Made by a program: the position numbers and the translations under genes
DNA from: an uncultured Gammaproteobacteria bacterium
GTDB taxonomy: Bacteria > Patescibacteriota > Microgenomatia > Levybacterales > UBA12049
Assembly: GCA_964564035.1 (NCBI GenBank)
Contig: CAZLZN010000006.1
Span: 1-55,393, forward strand
Reading direction: 5' to 3'
Length of the DNA: 55,393 nt
Shown here: piece by piece, positions 8,584 through 18,293 of the stretch
How the letters are laid out: each line of letters starts with the position of its first letter
How positions within the stretch are numbered: the stretch's first letter is position 1
The notes under the pieces: model-generated
Databases searched by the model: none
Told to the model about the DNA's origin: nothing
The model's input: only the letters and a program-made list of their open reading frames with translations

Positions 8584-8832
8584 TTTTGTAAAATTTTATC
8601 GGATCCTGAAGTAATTATATTCTGTAGCAAAATCTTTCAAGATAACATGTCATTACAACTTACAATTCTTAAAGCCATATATCCTGTAAAAGTCTTTATT
8701 GTATATTTAAGGGGGTCAGCCTCGAAAAATAAATATTATCTTAAATTAGGCATGAACAATGTTAAACAAAATTATCCAATTGGCACCCTATAATTAAATA
8801 TGTTATCTAATTAATATATCCTGTAAAAATAT

Positions 8833-9639
8833 ATGCATAAATTAAATAAGGTAAATTTACTCGATATCGGTATCACGAGTGAGAATGAAGCAAATATCCT
8901 GGAGTATATATACTCAAGCCTGAAAGAAAACCATAAAAAGTACTACATCGTTACACCAAACCCTGAGATAATTGTGCATGCCGTAGATCGCCCGGATTAC
9001 AAAAAGATCATAAATGAGGCTGAGATTGCATTACCCGACGGTGTGGGTGTTTTCATCGCCGCCGGACTGTCCGGAAAGATCATAAAACAGAGGATCACAG
9101 GTGTTGACTTCATGGAAACCATATGCAAACTCAGCGAGAATCGGCCTATTGCCGCGGGCTTTTTGGGCGGAATGGACGGGGTAGCAGAGTTGACCGCCGA
9201 CTGCTTAATCTCTAGGTACCCATGGCTGAAGATCGTCTTCGTAGCTGAGGAATGGGGGGAGAAGGGATTTAAAAATGCAGAAAAGTATCAGGTATCAAGT
9301 ATTAAGTATAAAGAAAATAACGGCAGTAAAATACATAATACAAAATACACGATACATAATACTGGTATCGATATCCTCTTCGTTGCCTTCGGACACCCCA
9401 AGCAGGAAGAGTGGATCTATAACAATTTGGACAAACTCCCGGTCCGTATCGCTATGGGTGTCGGCGGGGCGTTCGATTATGTCAGCGGCTACAAAAAGCG
9501 TGCGCCGTTTATGATCCGCGCGATGGGTTTCGAGTGGTTATATAGACTTATCAAAGAACCCTGGCGCTGGAAGAGACAGCTCGCGCTCTTCAAATTTATC
9601 TGGCTTTTCATTAAAAGCATATTTAAACATAGTAATTAG
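8833..9639 (+). CDS. WecG/TagA/CpsF-family glycosyltransferase
   Basis: LPDGVGV, GFLGG, ILFVAFGHPKQEEWI and GVGGAFDYVSGYKKRAPFMIRAMGFEWLYRLIKEPWRW are characteristic family blocks. It carries an unusual low-complexity loop (see findings). Confidence 0.85.
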   Translation: MHKLNKVNLLDIGITSENEANILEYIYSSLKENHKKYYIVTPNPEIIVHAVDRPDYKKIINEAEIALPDGVGVFIAAGLSGKIIKQRITGVDFMETICKLSENRPIAAGFLGGMDGVAELTADCLISRYPWLKIVFVAEEWGEKGFKNAEKYQVSSIKYKENNGSKIHNTKYTIHNTGIDILFVAFGHPKQEEWIYNNLDKLPVRIAMGVGGAFDYVSGYKKRAPFMIRAMGFEWLYRLIKEPWRWKRQLALFKFIWLFIKSIFKHSN

Positions 9640-9729
9640 CCACATATTATATTTGAGCCTCAAAAAAGTTAAGATGCTGAAATTGATTTATCTCATAGTA
9701 TTTGATAAAATTGTAGAACTATTTCATAT

Positions 9730-12525
9730 ATGAATGAGAGATTAAAACGCGGAATTTCATTAGTTGAGGCAGAAGCACGGGCACTTGTGCCGGCACAGCC
9801 AGGTAAAATGAAAACTATTAAGTGGTTGGGTATAAAAGCTCCTGCAGAAAAGCCCGAAGAATTTAAGATGAAAATTCCGGATACCGTACAAACAACCCCC
9901 GAAACCGCAAACAAGCTCAAGGAAGCCCGCCAGATCATGGGCGGCAGACTCATCCTGCCCGACGCCGTCGAATCCGCTCTGGGTACACGTATAGACCGAC
10001 GCTTAGTCAACCATTTCCCTTTTAGCGAGGAACAATTAAAAAGACTAAGCCGCGATAGCGTAGTCATGTATTTTGCCGATGAAACAGAAACAGGCCAGCC
10101 GATTACGATGCGCTGGCTTGAGGAGATTAAAGCCGCTAAGGTAAAAAGGATATTTAAGTCACTAATAACAAAAGGTAGAGAGATTATAAATTCTGATTAC
10201 ACCCAAACTCCTGACAATAGATATGCCGGTCATGAGTTTTATGAATCTCAAACTCCCAGACCGGGCTGGAGATCATTCACGGTTAACGTGGTCCCCGAGA
10301 GCAAAAATAAAGACGCCCTGGGCCAGACAGACGCGTTAATTGATCATCTAAAGTCTAAAACTTTTAAAGATATAACACTTCCTGAAGATATTCAGTCAGC
10401 AGTAAAAGATTATTATTCTAAAAAAAGACAAATTAGAGATGTTATGATAAAAGACCCCGTTGAGGCTACGAGACTGTTAATGGATTTAGATCTTATTAAA
10501 TTCACGAGAGTAACAGCAGTTGAACTTTCCTATGCCTCTCACGTCTTATCTGAGGTTTACCAAAGAAGATTCTTGGCATTTGAGCGCAGTACAACGCTAA
10601 GTTGCGATACAAGATACCCGGAGGTATTTACGATAGGAAATTTTGACCTTCAGCCTGATAAATCAATCTCTGCAAAAGAAAGCGTATTGCCCGTTCATCC
10701 TAAGAGAAGGTATCCTGATACAGGAGCCGTTTTATCAGTCGGAGCAGATGCTCTGCCAACGCCTCCGCAGACCGAAGAGACGAAATTATCAAATACGTCT
10801 CAAGATCAAGCCCTCATAAAGCATGCCGCAACACCTATTTCTTTTGATCGGCAAATTGCCAATAACCTATTATTTGAATACAGATTGAAACAAGAAAAAC
10901 TCCCCTTCGACCCGGAGAGGGATATTACAGACAATGACTGGAAAGGGATGACAGAAGCCCTCGTCAAAGTGCGAGAAGAAATGGATATATCCCCATATGG
11001 CTACAGTGAATATCTTCAATTACTACACAGGATGAGGGTTCTGTGTCCGAAAAAGTTTAGCATGATTGATTCCTCTATGCTGCCCAAAGAAAAAGATTTT
11101 GATTTTATTAGCGGTTATAATAAAAAACAGATGCTCGGCTATGCATTGGAGCGCACTGAAGGATTTACTTACGCTCATCAATATATGACGGAGGCATCTC
11201 TGCTGCTGCGCCAAGCTTTTCCCGATAAAACCCAACCTTGGGATGAAAAAAAACTTCAGCAAACCTATCAGAGCATAGTTGAATATAATAACAGCAAAGT
11301 CAGCTATGATCTGGGAATGTTGGCCCGCTTGAACATACTTTTTCCAAATTGGATATCAGAAAATTTTCTCAATGAGCACAATACTAAGCGCGAAAACGTA
11401 CAAAGTTCAATCAATACGAATTTTTATATTCTAAGCGCAGAAAAAATTATGGAAGATGAAGCGAATTTTAGAATTTTAACAGGTGATAATAACCACAGGC
11501 TGGATTGGGATATTATAAAACAAGCAATCAACAGTGCCAGAACTGAAGGCAGGAATCGTACATTTGCCAGACTTTGCGAATTGGCAATGATACTCGCCGC
11601 CGAAGAAGTAAAAATCACAGACAAAGGCCTCGAAATCAACATGCGTAAACCCGAGAAAAAATCCGCCCCCGCGATACTAACCGACCGCAAATCAGACTCC
11701 GAACCGGTCTTCGACCCCGAGCGCGACATCCCTGATTCAGAACAGTTGGGTATGTTTAATGAAATGGATGATTTACGAAGGGAAAGTAATTCTATTTTGA
11801 TTTCACGAAATAGTTCCCAGGCCTTTCCAATAAATACTCATAGGAAATACATCGCGTATGCCTTGAGTTTCCGCCGATTATTCCCGGAAACTTTCCAAGC
11901 TATTCAAAAAGAAAATCGTCCCAAACGAGATCATTATGATCAATTAGCGGACGATGTAAAAGACTCTGCAAAGAGACTGGATGATCATTATAATATCGGT
12001 GATAGTCCGGTTCGTGATGCGATCGAGTCCGCGATGCTTATCAGGGAATTCTTCTTTCCAAAACGGAATACAGGGCTTGAAGAACATAAAGACCTACTGG
12101 AACGAATAGTTCAGAAAGAAATCACGTCCAGCCGGCCTGCGGATTATATTAGAATCCTTGCAGAGTTAAATATTATTTTCCCCAATTTAATAACACAAAA
12201 TTATGGAGAGCACTTTACACCGGAAATGATGAGAGCGAGATACTCAAAAGCTACTGAAAATCAAAATGTTCTTTATTTTCTTAAAGACGAAGCAGCATAT
12301 CGCATCATCACGGGAAACAAATGCCCTTTCGTCAATGGAAGGAAGATAAAAGAAGCTATAGAATGGGGTAGGGAAAAAAAGGATTACGGTTACCTTTCAA
12401 TGATTTACGAGAGTCTTCTTATCTCAACCGCCGAGGAAGTCCGTGTCACAGACAGCGGGCTGATTGTAAATGCCCGGAAGCCTGTCAAGTCGAATATGCC
12501 AATAGCACCTCAGTGGACATTCTGA
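9730..12525 (+). CDS. Large (931 aa) hypothetical protein with an internal tandem duplication of about 270 aa
   Basis: Long uninterrupted ORF with no signal peptide. Two collinear units start with FDPERDI(T/P)D at nt 10906 and 11710. Each ends ...AEEV(K/R)(I/V)TD(K/S)GL(E/I)(I/V)N(M/A)RKP. Confidence 0.75.
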   Translation: MNERLKRGISLVEAEARALVPAQPGKMKTIKWLGIKAPAEKPEEFKMKIPDTVQTTPETANKLKEARQIMGGRLILPDAVESALGTRIDRRLVNHFPFSEEQLKRLSRDSVVMYFADETETGQPITMRWLEEIKAAKVKRIFKSLITKGREIINSDYTQTPDNRYAGHEFYESQTPRPGWRSFTVNVVPESKNKDALGQTDALIDHLKSKTFKDITLPEDIQSAVKDYYSKKRQIRDVMIKDPVEATRLLMDLDLIKFTRVTAVELSYASHVLSEVYQRRFLAFERSTTLSCDTRYPEVFTIGNFDLQPDKSISAKESVLPVHPKRRYPDTGAVLSVGADALPTPPQTEETKLSNTSQDQALIKHAATPISFDRQIANNLLFEYRLKQEKLPFDPERDITDNDWKGMTEALVKVREEMDISPYGYSEYLQLLHRMRVLCPKKFSMIDSSMLPKEKDFDFISGYNKKQMLGYALERTEGFTYAHQYMTEASLLLRQAFPDKTQPWDEKKLQQTYQSIVEYNNSKVSYDLGMLARLNILFPNWISENFLNEHNTKRENVQSSINTNFYILSAEKIMEDEANFRILTGDNNHRLDWDIIKQAINSARTEGRNRTFARLCELAMILAAEEVKITDKGLEINMRKPEKKSAPAILTDRKSDSEPVFDPERDIPDSEQLGMFNEMDDLRRESNSILISRNSSQAFPINTHRKYIAYALSFRRLFPETFQAIQKENRPKRDHYDQLADDVKDSAKRLDDHYNIGDSPVRDAIESAMLIREFFFPKRNTGLEEHKDLLERIVQKEITSSRPADYIRILAELNIIFPNLITQNYGEHFTPEMMRARYSKATENQNVLYFLKDEAAYRIITGNKCPFVNGRKIKEAIEWGREKKDYGYLSMIYESLLISTAEEVRVTDSGLIVNARKPVKSNMPIAPQWTF

Positions 12526-13094
12526 TCACCGCCGCTTAATCTATTATGCAATTCATATAGCTTATCATCTATCTTAGCATCAGCAATACGCGCTCTTTCT
12601 CTGCTAAAAAGGATTTTCTTGCGCTCAAAATACAAAGGCAAAAATTCATCTACAGCACTCATTATTTGTCTGGCGCGCTCATCACCGCTTTTTTCGCTGA
12701 TTTGCCCCAGAGCGTTCTCAACGCTTGCCTTATAAAGCGCGTTTTCGGTAATTAACTGACTTGCCTTGCCTCGCCGTTCCCCAAGCATTGGTTGGAATAT
12801 TAAAATATTACTTGCCGAACCTGTCCCGTGCGTATCTGCCATTTTCTTAGCATGCTCCGCGTTTTCATTTAATTCGGCTATTCTTTGAGTATAACCGCGC
12901 TCATAAATTTTGTACCCCATATAAGTCCTCGCGAAATTGCCTTCATGCTGATTGACTCCCAGACTTTCAGTTAGCTTATGCTTCCTGTCAATTCCCTCGG
13001 CCACTTTTGTATATTCAACTACCTTGGCGGGTATCCTATTGCTTTCCTGAACCGCTTTTGCCATCGGTATGAGAATTCGTTCTAACATAGCCAT
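12510..13094 (-). CDS. Hypothetical protein (194 aa)
   Basis: ORF convergent with 9730..12525 (16-nt 3' overlap). No recognisable motifs. Confidence 0.55.
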   Translation of the reverse strand: MAMLERILIPMAKAVQESNRIPAKVVEYTKVAEGIDRKHKLTESLGVNQHEGNFARTYMGYKIYERGYTQRIAELNENAEHAKKMADTHGTGSASNILIFQPMLGERRGKASQLITENALYKASVENALGQISEKSGDERARQIMSAVDEFLPLYFERKKILFSRERARIADAKIDDKLYELHNRLSGGDQNVH

Positions 13095-13161
13095 ATTATA
13101 CTCCTGAGTTCTGTTTTCTTCAACTGCGCATTTCTGCTATACTTTGTTTTAACTTAAAATT

Positions 13162-14280
13162 ATGAAAATCGCGCTCATCGGCTCAATCTGGATCACAATT
13201 CCTCCCGAGAACTTCGGCTTCGGATCGCAGGAATATCTCCAGTATGAGCTCGTCGAAGGCCTCATAAAAAAAGGCCACGATGTGACCCTTTTTGCCGCCT
13301 CAGGCTCCAAAACCTCAGCCAAACTAGTTCCGACTGCGCCAAAACAAGTCATCGATCTTCAGCCCGCGGACAGCCGCACCAAAGAAACTTTTGAGCTAAT
13401 GAATTTGTCCGAAGCGTTTAAAAGGGCAGGGGATTTTGATATCATTCACAACCACCTTTTACCATCCGGCCTGCTGTTTCCCGATCTGGTCAAAACGCCG
13501 GTTGTCCATACCCTCCATCATCAGATCTACAAAACCTCTGAAATTTATATGTACAAAAAATTCAAATCACAGAAATTTGTTTCCATTTCAGACAGCCAGC
13601 GCAAGATCATGCCTGAGCTAAATTATGTTAGCACCGTATACAACGGGATCGATACAAACGATTACACATTCAACGCCCGCCCCAAAGGAGATTATCTTCT
13701 TTATTTGGGTCGCCTCAAGCGCTACAAAGGAGTCCATACCGCTATCGAACTCGCGCAAAAACTAAAAATTCCATTGAAGATCGCGTTTCCGGATCCGAAT
13801 CCGTCTCAGCCTGATTATGAAGAAGTCAATGAATACTGGCTAAAAGACATCAAGCCTCAAATAAAAGACAACATTGAGCATATCGGTTTGGTACAAGGGG
13901 CTGAGAAAATAAAGATTCTCCAGAATGCCAAAGCGCTGATTTTTCCTGTCGAGCGCGAAGAGCCGTTCGGAATGTCGGTTATTGAAGCCATGTCCTGCGG
14001 AGCGCCTGTTATAGTATATGGCAAAGGCGCTCTTCCCGAGCTTGTAAAAGACGCGGAAACAGGTTTTATAATCAAACAAAATCGGCAAGACCCCCTAAAT
14101 ACTTCTATTTTCGACGCGGGGCTCGCCGGTCTGGAGAAGGCAGTCAAAAATATATTTACCATGCCCCAAGCGCAATACGCAAAAATCCGTCAAAATTGCC
14201 GCGCGTCGGTTGAGCAAAACTATACTATCTCAAAAATGGTAGATGGATACGAAGCCGTTTACCGGAAGCTTTTAAAATAA
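13162..14280 (+). CDS. Glycosyltransferase family 4 (GT-B, group 1)
   Basis: N-terminal MKIALIGSIW..PPE..G, and a C-terminal E-x7-E region (FPVEREEPFGMSVIEAMSCGAPVI) typical of GT4. Confidence 0.85.
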   Translation: MKIALIGSIWITIPPENFGFGSQEYLQYELVEGLIKKGHDVTLFAASGSKTSAKLVPTAPKQVIDLQPADSRTKETFELMNLSEAFKRAGDFDIIHNHLLPSGLLFPDLVKTPVVHTLHHQIYKTSEIYMYKKFKSQKFVSISDSQRKIMPELNYVSTVYNGIDTNDYTFNARPKGDYLLYLGRLKRYKGVHTAIELAQKLKIPLKIAFPDPNPSQPDYEEVNEYWLKDIKPQIKDNIEHIGLVQGAEKIKILQNAKALIFPVEREEPFGMSVIEAMSCGAPVIVYGKGALPELVKDAETGFIIKQNRQDPLNTSIFDAGLAGLEKAVKNIFTMPQAQYAKIRQNCRASVEQNYTISKMVDGYEAVYRKLLK

Positions 14281-14387
14281 AGCACTCCGGCCAGCATCAC
14301 TTCTTACTCTCCTGTAACTTATTTAATACAAAATACAGCGCACAAACCGATGAGAATAATTAGAGGCTATAAACCTTGAACGCAAAT

Positions 14388-15488
14388 ATGAAAATTGCAA
14401 TTATCGGATCTATCTGGCTTGACACGCCTCCAAAAGGATATGGCGGAACCGAAGACGTGATCTACAATCTCGTTCAGGGCTTATCTGCCGCCGGCCACGA
14501 TGTGACGCTTTTTGCCCCCAAAACCGCCAAGGTCAATGCGAGACTGATCCCGACAGTCGACAAACCGCTTAGATCATTCAACGTCAGTTGGGAAAACAGC
14601 AGTTATCCGCTTTATCATATTACGGAGGTTTTCGACCGCGCCCGGGAGTTCGATATCATACATATGCATCTTAACAAATCATCAGATCTGGCCGGTTTAC
14701 CACTTGCTGTTTTATCCAAAACGCCCGTTGTCTCAACGCTACACTTCAAAGTCTTCCCCCGCACTGAGCGTGAAGACCAGTATATTTTACTCAAAAAATA
14801 CCGAGAACTCCCATACGTCTCAATTTCAAACGCCCAGCGCAAACCAAACGACCTCAACTATGTCGCGACTGTCTACAACGGCGTAGATCTGAAAAAGTAC
14901 CCGTATTCCGATATCAATGGCAAATATTTGGCATGGCTCGGCAAAATTAATCCGGTCAAAGGTACCAAAGAGGCAATTATTGCAGCCAAAAAAGCCGGTA
15001 TCAAGATTTATGTGATGGGGCCGATTGATCAGGGAGTGCCCAGTATGTTATCATACTATGAAAACGAGGTAAAACCTCTCCTTGACGAGAAAACGGTTGT
15101 TTATCTGGGCGAAGTTTCTCACAACGAGAAAACCAGTATATTGTCAGGCGCGATGTGTCTTTTGAATCCGATCTTGTGGGAAGAGCCGTTCGGACTCGTG
15201 ATGACGGAAGCACAGGCAACAGGGACGCCCGTTATTGCTTTCGGCAGGGGAGCGGCGCCGGAGGTTATTTTGGAGGACAGAACCGGTTTTATAGTAAATA
15301 ATATTGATCAGATGGCGGCTCGTATTAAAAAAGTAAGCGCCCTCGAAAGAAGTGAAGCGAGGCAATGGATTGAAGAAAACTTTACGACAGACAAAATGAT
15401 CAAAGATTACGAGGCCGTATACGAGAAAGTTATTAAAAATTGGGACAAATATAGATCTGACCAAATCAAACTAATAAAAACTTTATAA
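14388..15488 (+). CDS. Glycosyltransferase family 4 (paralog of 13162..14280)
   Basis: MKIAIIGSIWLDTPPKGYGGTE... and LNPILWEEPFGLVMTEAQATGTPVIAF. I prefer ATG 14388 over the upstream TTG 14376. Confidence 0.85.
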   Translation: MKIAIIGSIWLDTPPKGYGGTEDVIYNLVQGLSAAGHDVTLFAPKTAKVNARLIPTVDKPLRSFNVSWENSSYPLYHITEVFDRAREFDIIHMHLNKSSDLAGLPLAVLSKTPVVSTLHFKVFPRTEREDQYILLKKYRELPYVSISNAQRKPNDLNYVATVYNGVDLKKYPYSDINGKYLAWLGKINPVKGTKEAIIAAKKAGIKIYVMGPIDQGVPSMLSYYENEVKPLLDEKTVVYLGEVSHNEKTSILSGAMCLLNPILWEEPFGLVMTEAQATGTPVIAFGRGAAPEVILEDRTGFIVNNIDQMAARIKKVSALERSEARQWIEENFTTDKMIKDYEAVYEKVIKNWDKYRSDQIKLIKTL

Positions 15489-15512
15489 CTTTATAACTTT
15501 ATAACTTTACAA
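15481..15512. repeat. Four tandem CTTTAYAA octamers
   Basis: ctttataa x3 plus ctttacaa. The array starts inside the last codons and stop of the GT4 gene and ends 7 nt before the otsA ATG. Confidence 0.9.
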
Positions 15513-15519
15513 CTAACTT

Positions 15520-17025
15520 ATGGTAAGCCCGAATGAAATAAAAGAAATATTACGCTCCAATGAATACAAGTTGATTATCGTTGCTGACGGTGAGCCTGTC
15601 GTATCCAAAATCGAGGACGGCAAAGTCGTCTCCAGTGTCCCCGCAGGCGGCGTTGCAGTCGTTCTTGATCCGATCGCTCGCAAAACCTCCGCGCAATATA
15701 TCGCCCGCGCAAAAAATATTGAGGAAAAAAAAGCGCTCGACAAAAACGGTAAAATGCTGATCGGCAATGCAGACGGCTCTTATCAGCTCAAAAGACTCTT
15801 TTTTGATCAAAAAGATGTAGAAGATTATTATTATGGATTCTCCAACCAAAGTCTGTGGCCGCTTTGTCACGTAGCTTTTGAAGAGCCCAAATTCAGCGAA
15901 GAGTGGTTTGCCGGATACAAAAAAGTAAACGAGCAATACGCCAAAGCCATCCGTGATGAAATTGACGGCAAAACCCTCGTTTGGATCCAGGATTACCAAT
16001 TGTCGCTTGTCCCGTCCATGCTCAACCGCCCCAAAGACACTATCATATCAATGTTCTGGCACATCCCGTGGCCGACTTGGGAAGTGTTTCGCATACTGCC
16101 TTACAAAGACGAGATCCTCAAGGGTCTTTTGTCTTGTGATTTTCTGGCGTTCCACCGTAACTATCAGGCCAGAAATTTCCTGCATACTGTCGAGCAGGAA
16201 CTTGAAGCCAGGATCGACGCGGAAAGACACAAAGTTTACTACCAGAACAATGAAACAATAGTCAAAAGCCTACCTCTCGGAATCGATTTCGATGTAGTGC
16301 GCTCCATGGTGCACAAAGAAGAGGAAGAAACCGTTTTGAGCCGCACGATCCGTGAGCTTCTCGGGATCCAAAGCGCCAAGCCTCATCCGCTGGACTGGTA
16401 TTTTACCAAATACAAAGTCCTCATCGGGGTCGACCGCCTGGATTATACCAAGGGCTTGCGCCACAGGCTTCTGGCGCTTGACCGGTTTTTCGAACAAAAT
16501 CCCCAGTACATCGGCAAAGTCGTTTACCTCGGAATAATCGCCCCGTCCCGCGACATTATCAATTCATATATCCGCGTCAAAAAAGAAACATTGACTCTCG
16601 CCAAGATGATCAATGACAAATACGCGACCAAAGAATGGAAGCCGATCAACTTGATCCACGAGGTCTTCAAGCGAGAAGACGTTCTCAATTTTTACCGTCA
16701 GGCCGATGTCTGCGTAGTTACGCCGCTGGATGACGGTATGAACCTCGTTTCCAAAGAATTCGTAGTTGCCTCCTCGATGTCCGCCAATCCCGGAATGCTT
16801 GTCCTTTCCAGATTTGCCGGATCTGCAATTGACCTTACTCAAGCGCTGATCGTCAATCCCTACAACATCGACGAAGTAGCCGGCGCGATCAAAAAAGGCC
16901 TCGAAATGGACAAAGAAGAAAAAATAGAGCGCACAAAACAGATGGTCGCGAGTATGGAAGAAAAAAATGTCTACGAATGGGCATACCGAAATATCCGAGG
17001 CGCCCTCGAATCCTCCAGGAAATAA
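15520..17025 (+). CDS. otsA: Alpha,alpha-trehalose-phosphate synthase (GT20, OtsA-like)
   Basis: GFSNQSLWPLCH, VWIQDYQLSLVPSML, FWHIPWPTWEVFRILP, LGVDRLDYTKG and TPLDDGMNLVSKEF are classic GT20 blocks. Confidence 0.9.
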   Translation: MVSPNEIKEILRSNEYKLIIVADGEPVVSKIEDGKVVSSVPAGGVAVVLDPIARKTSAQYIARAKNIEEKKALDKNGKMLIGNADGSYQLKRLFFDQKDVEDYYYGFSNQSLWPLCHVAFEEPKFSEEWFAGYKKVNEQYAKAIRDEIDGKTLVWIQDYQLSLVPSMLNRPKDTIISMFWHIPWPTWEVFRILPYKDEILKGLLSCDFLAFHRNYQARNFLHTVEQELEARIDAERHKVYYQNNETIVKSLPLGIDFDVVRSMVHKEEEETVLSRTIRELLGIQSAKPHPLDWYFTKYKVLIGVDRLDYTKGLRHRLLALDRFFEQNPQYIGKVVYLGIIAPSRDIINSYIRVKKETLTLAKMINDKYATKEWKPINLIHEVFKREDVLNFYRQADVCVVTPLDDGMNLVSKEFVVASSMSANPGMLVLSRFAGSAIDLTQALIVNPYNIDEVAGAIKKGLEMDKEEKIERTKQMVASMEEKNVYEWAYRNIRGALESSRK

Positions 17026-17773
17026 ATTTAATTTTTAATTTTTCTTAATCGGCAGGTTATCCGCTTATAAAACGCACCTGATTATACGCTTGTAGCGCTT
17101 TTTATCGTATTGACCCCGCTCAGCGGGAGAAGTATTTTCCAAAGTATAAAGAAGAATTGTGGATATTAACATCCGCATAAGTGCATATTTGCATACTATA
17201 GCAATAAATTTATATAACTATAGGTAAATGTGGAAAACATGAGGATAATTTGTTGAAAACAGGGGATAGCATGCGAATAATTTTAGCCGGTCAGCTCATG
17301 TCATATATTCCGTGAAAACAAATCAATCATTCGGGAATTAATTTGACTCCGGCAACTTGAATTTTTCCGTAAACTGTCCCATTATCTTTATTCCCGAAGA
17401 AATAATTAACAAAAAAAGTACCGGAATTTTAAATTTAGTTTATTCTAAGTATACATTTTTTGATCAAATCTTTTCACGCCGGTGAAATGAAGTGTTTTAT
17501 CAGAAATCTACAATTTATATACTGATAAATAATAAATATATCCAAAATTAATATAAATAAGTCTCTTAAATATTCAATTTGGTGTATAAATACAGTTATT
17601 TAGGCTTGGCAAGCTAGTTTATGAACGATTCAAATATACATAATTAATTTATACATAAATAGGGAAATAGATTGATAGAAAAGACCAATTAACATAGCAT
17701 AAAAAACGCACAGAACGCTTTTTGTCAGTTTAAAAATTTTTGCGTCTATTGTAAAATAAAATTACTTAATTTT

Positions 17774-18211
17774 ATGAAATTAATTATCCAAAGAGTGTCA
17801 GAAGCCCGGCTTTCTGTCGGAGGAGAACTTGTCTCGGAAATAGGAAAGGGACTTTTTGTACTCTTGGGAATTGGCGTGAAAGATACCGGCGAAAAAGCGG
17901 AAATGCTTGCTGATAAACTCTCAAAGATACGTCTCATGTCGGATAGTGCCCTCAAAATGAACTACACGGTCAAAGATGTCGAGGGTGAAATGCTGATAGT
18001 TTCCCAGTTTACGCTCTACGCGGATACGGCCGGAGGCAACAGGCCAAGTTTTTTAAACGCTGCGAGACCTGAAGTTGCCCGCCCAATTTATGAAAAATTC
18101 ATTGAAAAACTGAAAAAAAACGGAGAAAAAGTCTCAACCGGCCGTTTTGGTGAATATATGAAGATCGAGCCCGTACTCGACGGCCCCGTGACTATAATCG
18201 TCCAAAACTAA
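17774..18211 (+). CDS. dtd: D-aminoacyl-tRNA deacylase
   Basis: MKLIIQRVSEA...GKGLFVLLGI...SQFTLYADT..GNRPSF. Full-length Dtd pattern, 145 aa. Confidence 0.92.
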   Translation: MKLIIQRVSEARLSVGGELVSEIGKGLFVLLGIGVKDTGEKAEMLADKLSKIRLMSDSALKMNYTVKDVEGEMLIVSQFTLYADTAGGNRPSFLNAARPEVARPIYEKFIEKLKKNGEKVSTGRFGEYMKIEPVLDGPVTIIVQN

Positions 18212-18293
18212 AAAGCACACCCATTTCTTACAAAATATTATCATATAGTAGGTTGCATTGAGGCTCTATTTCTGCTAGAATATATCTCATAAT

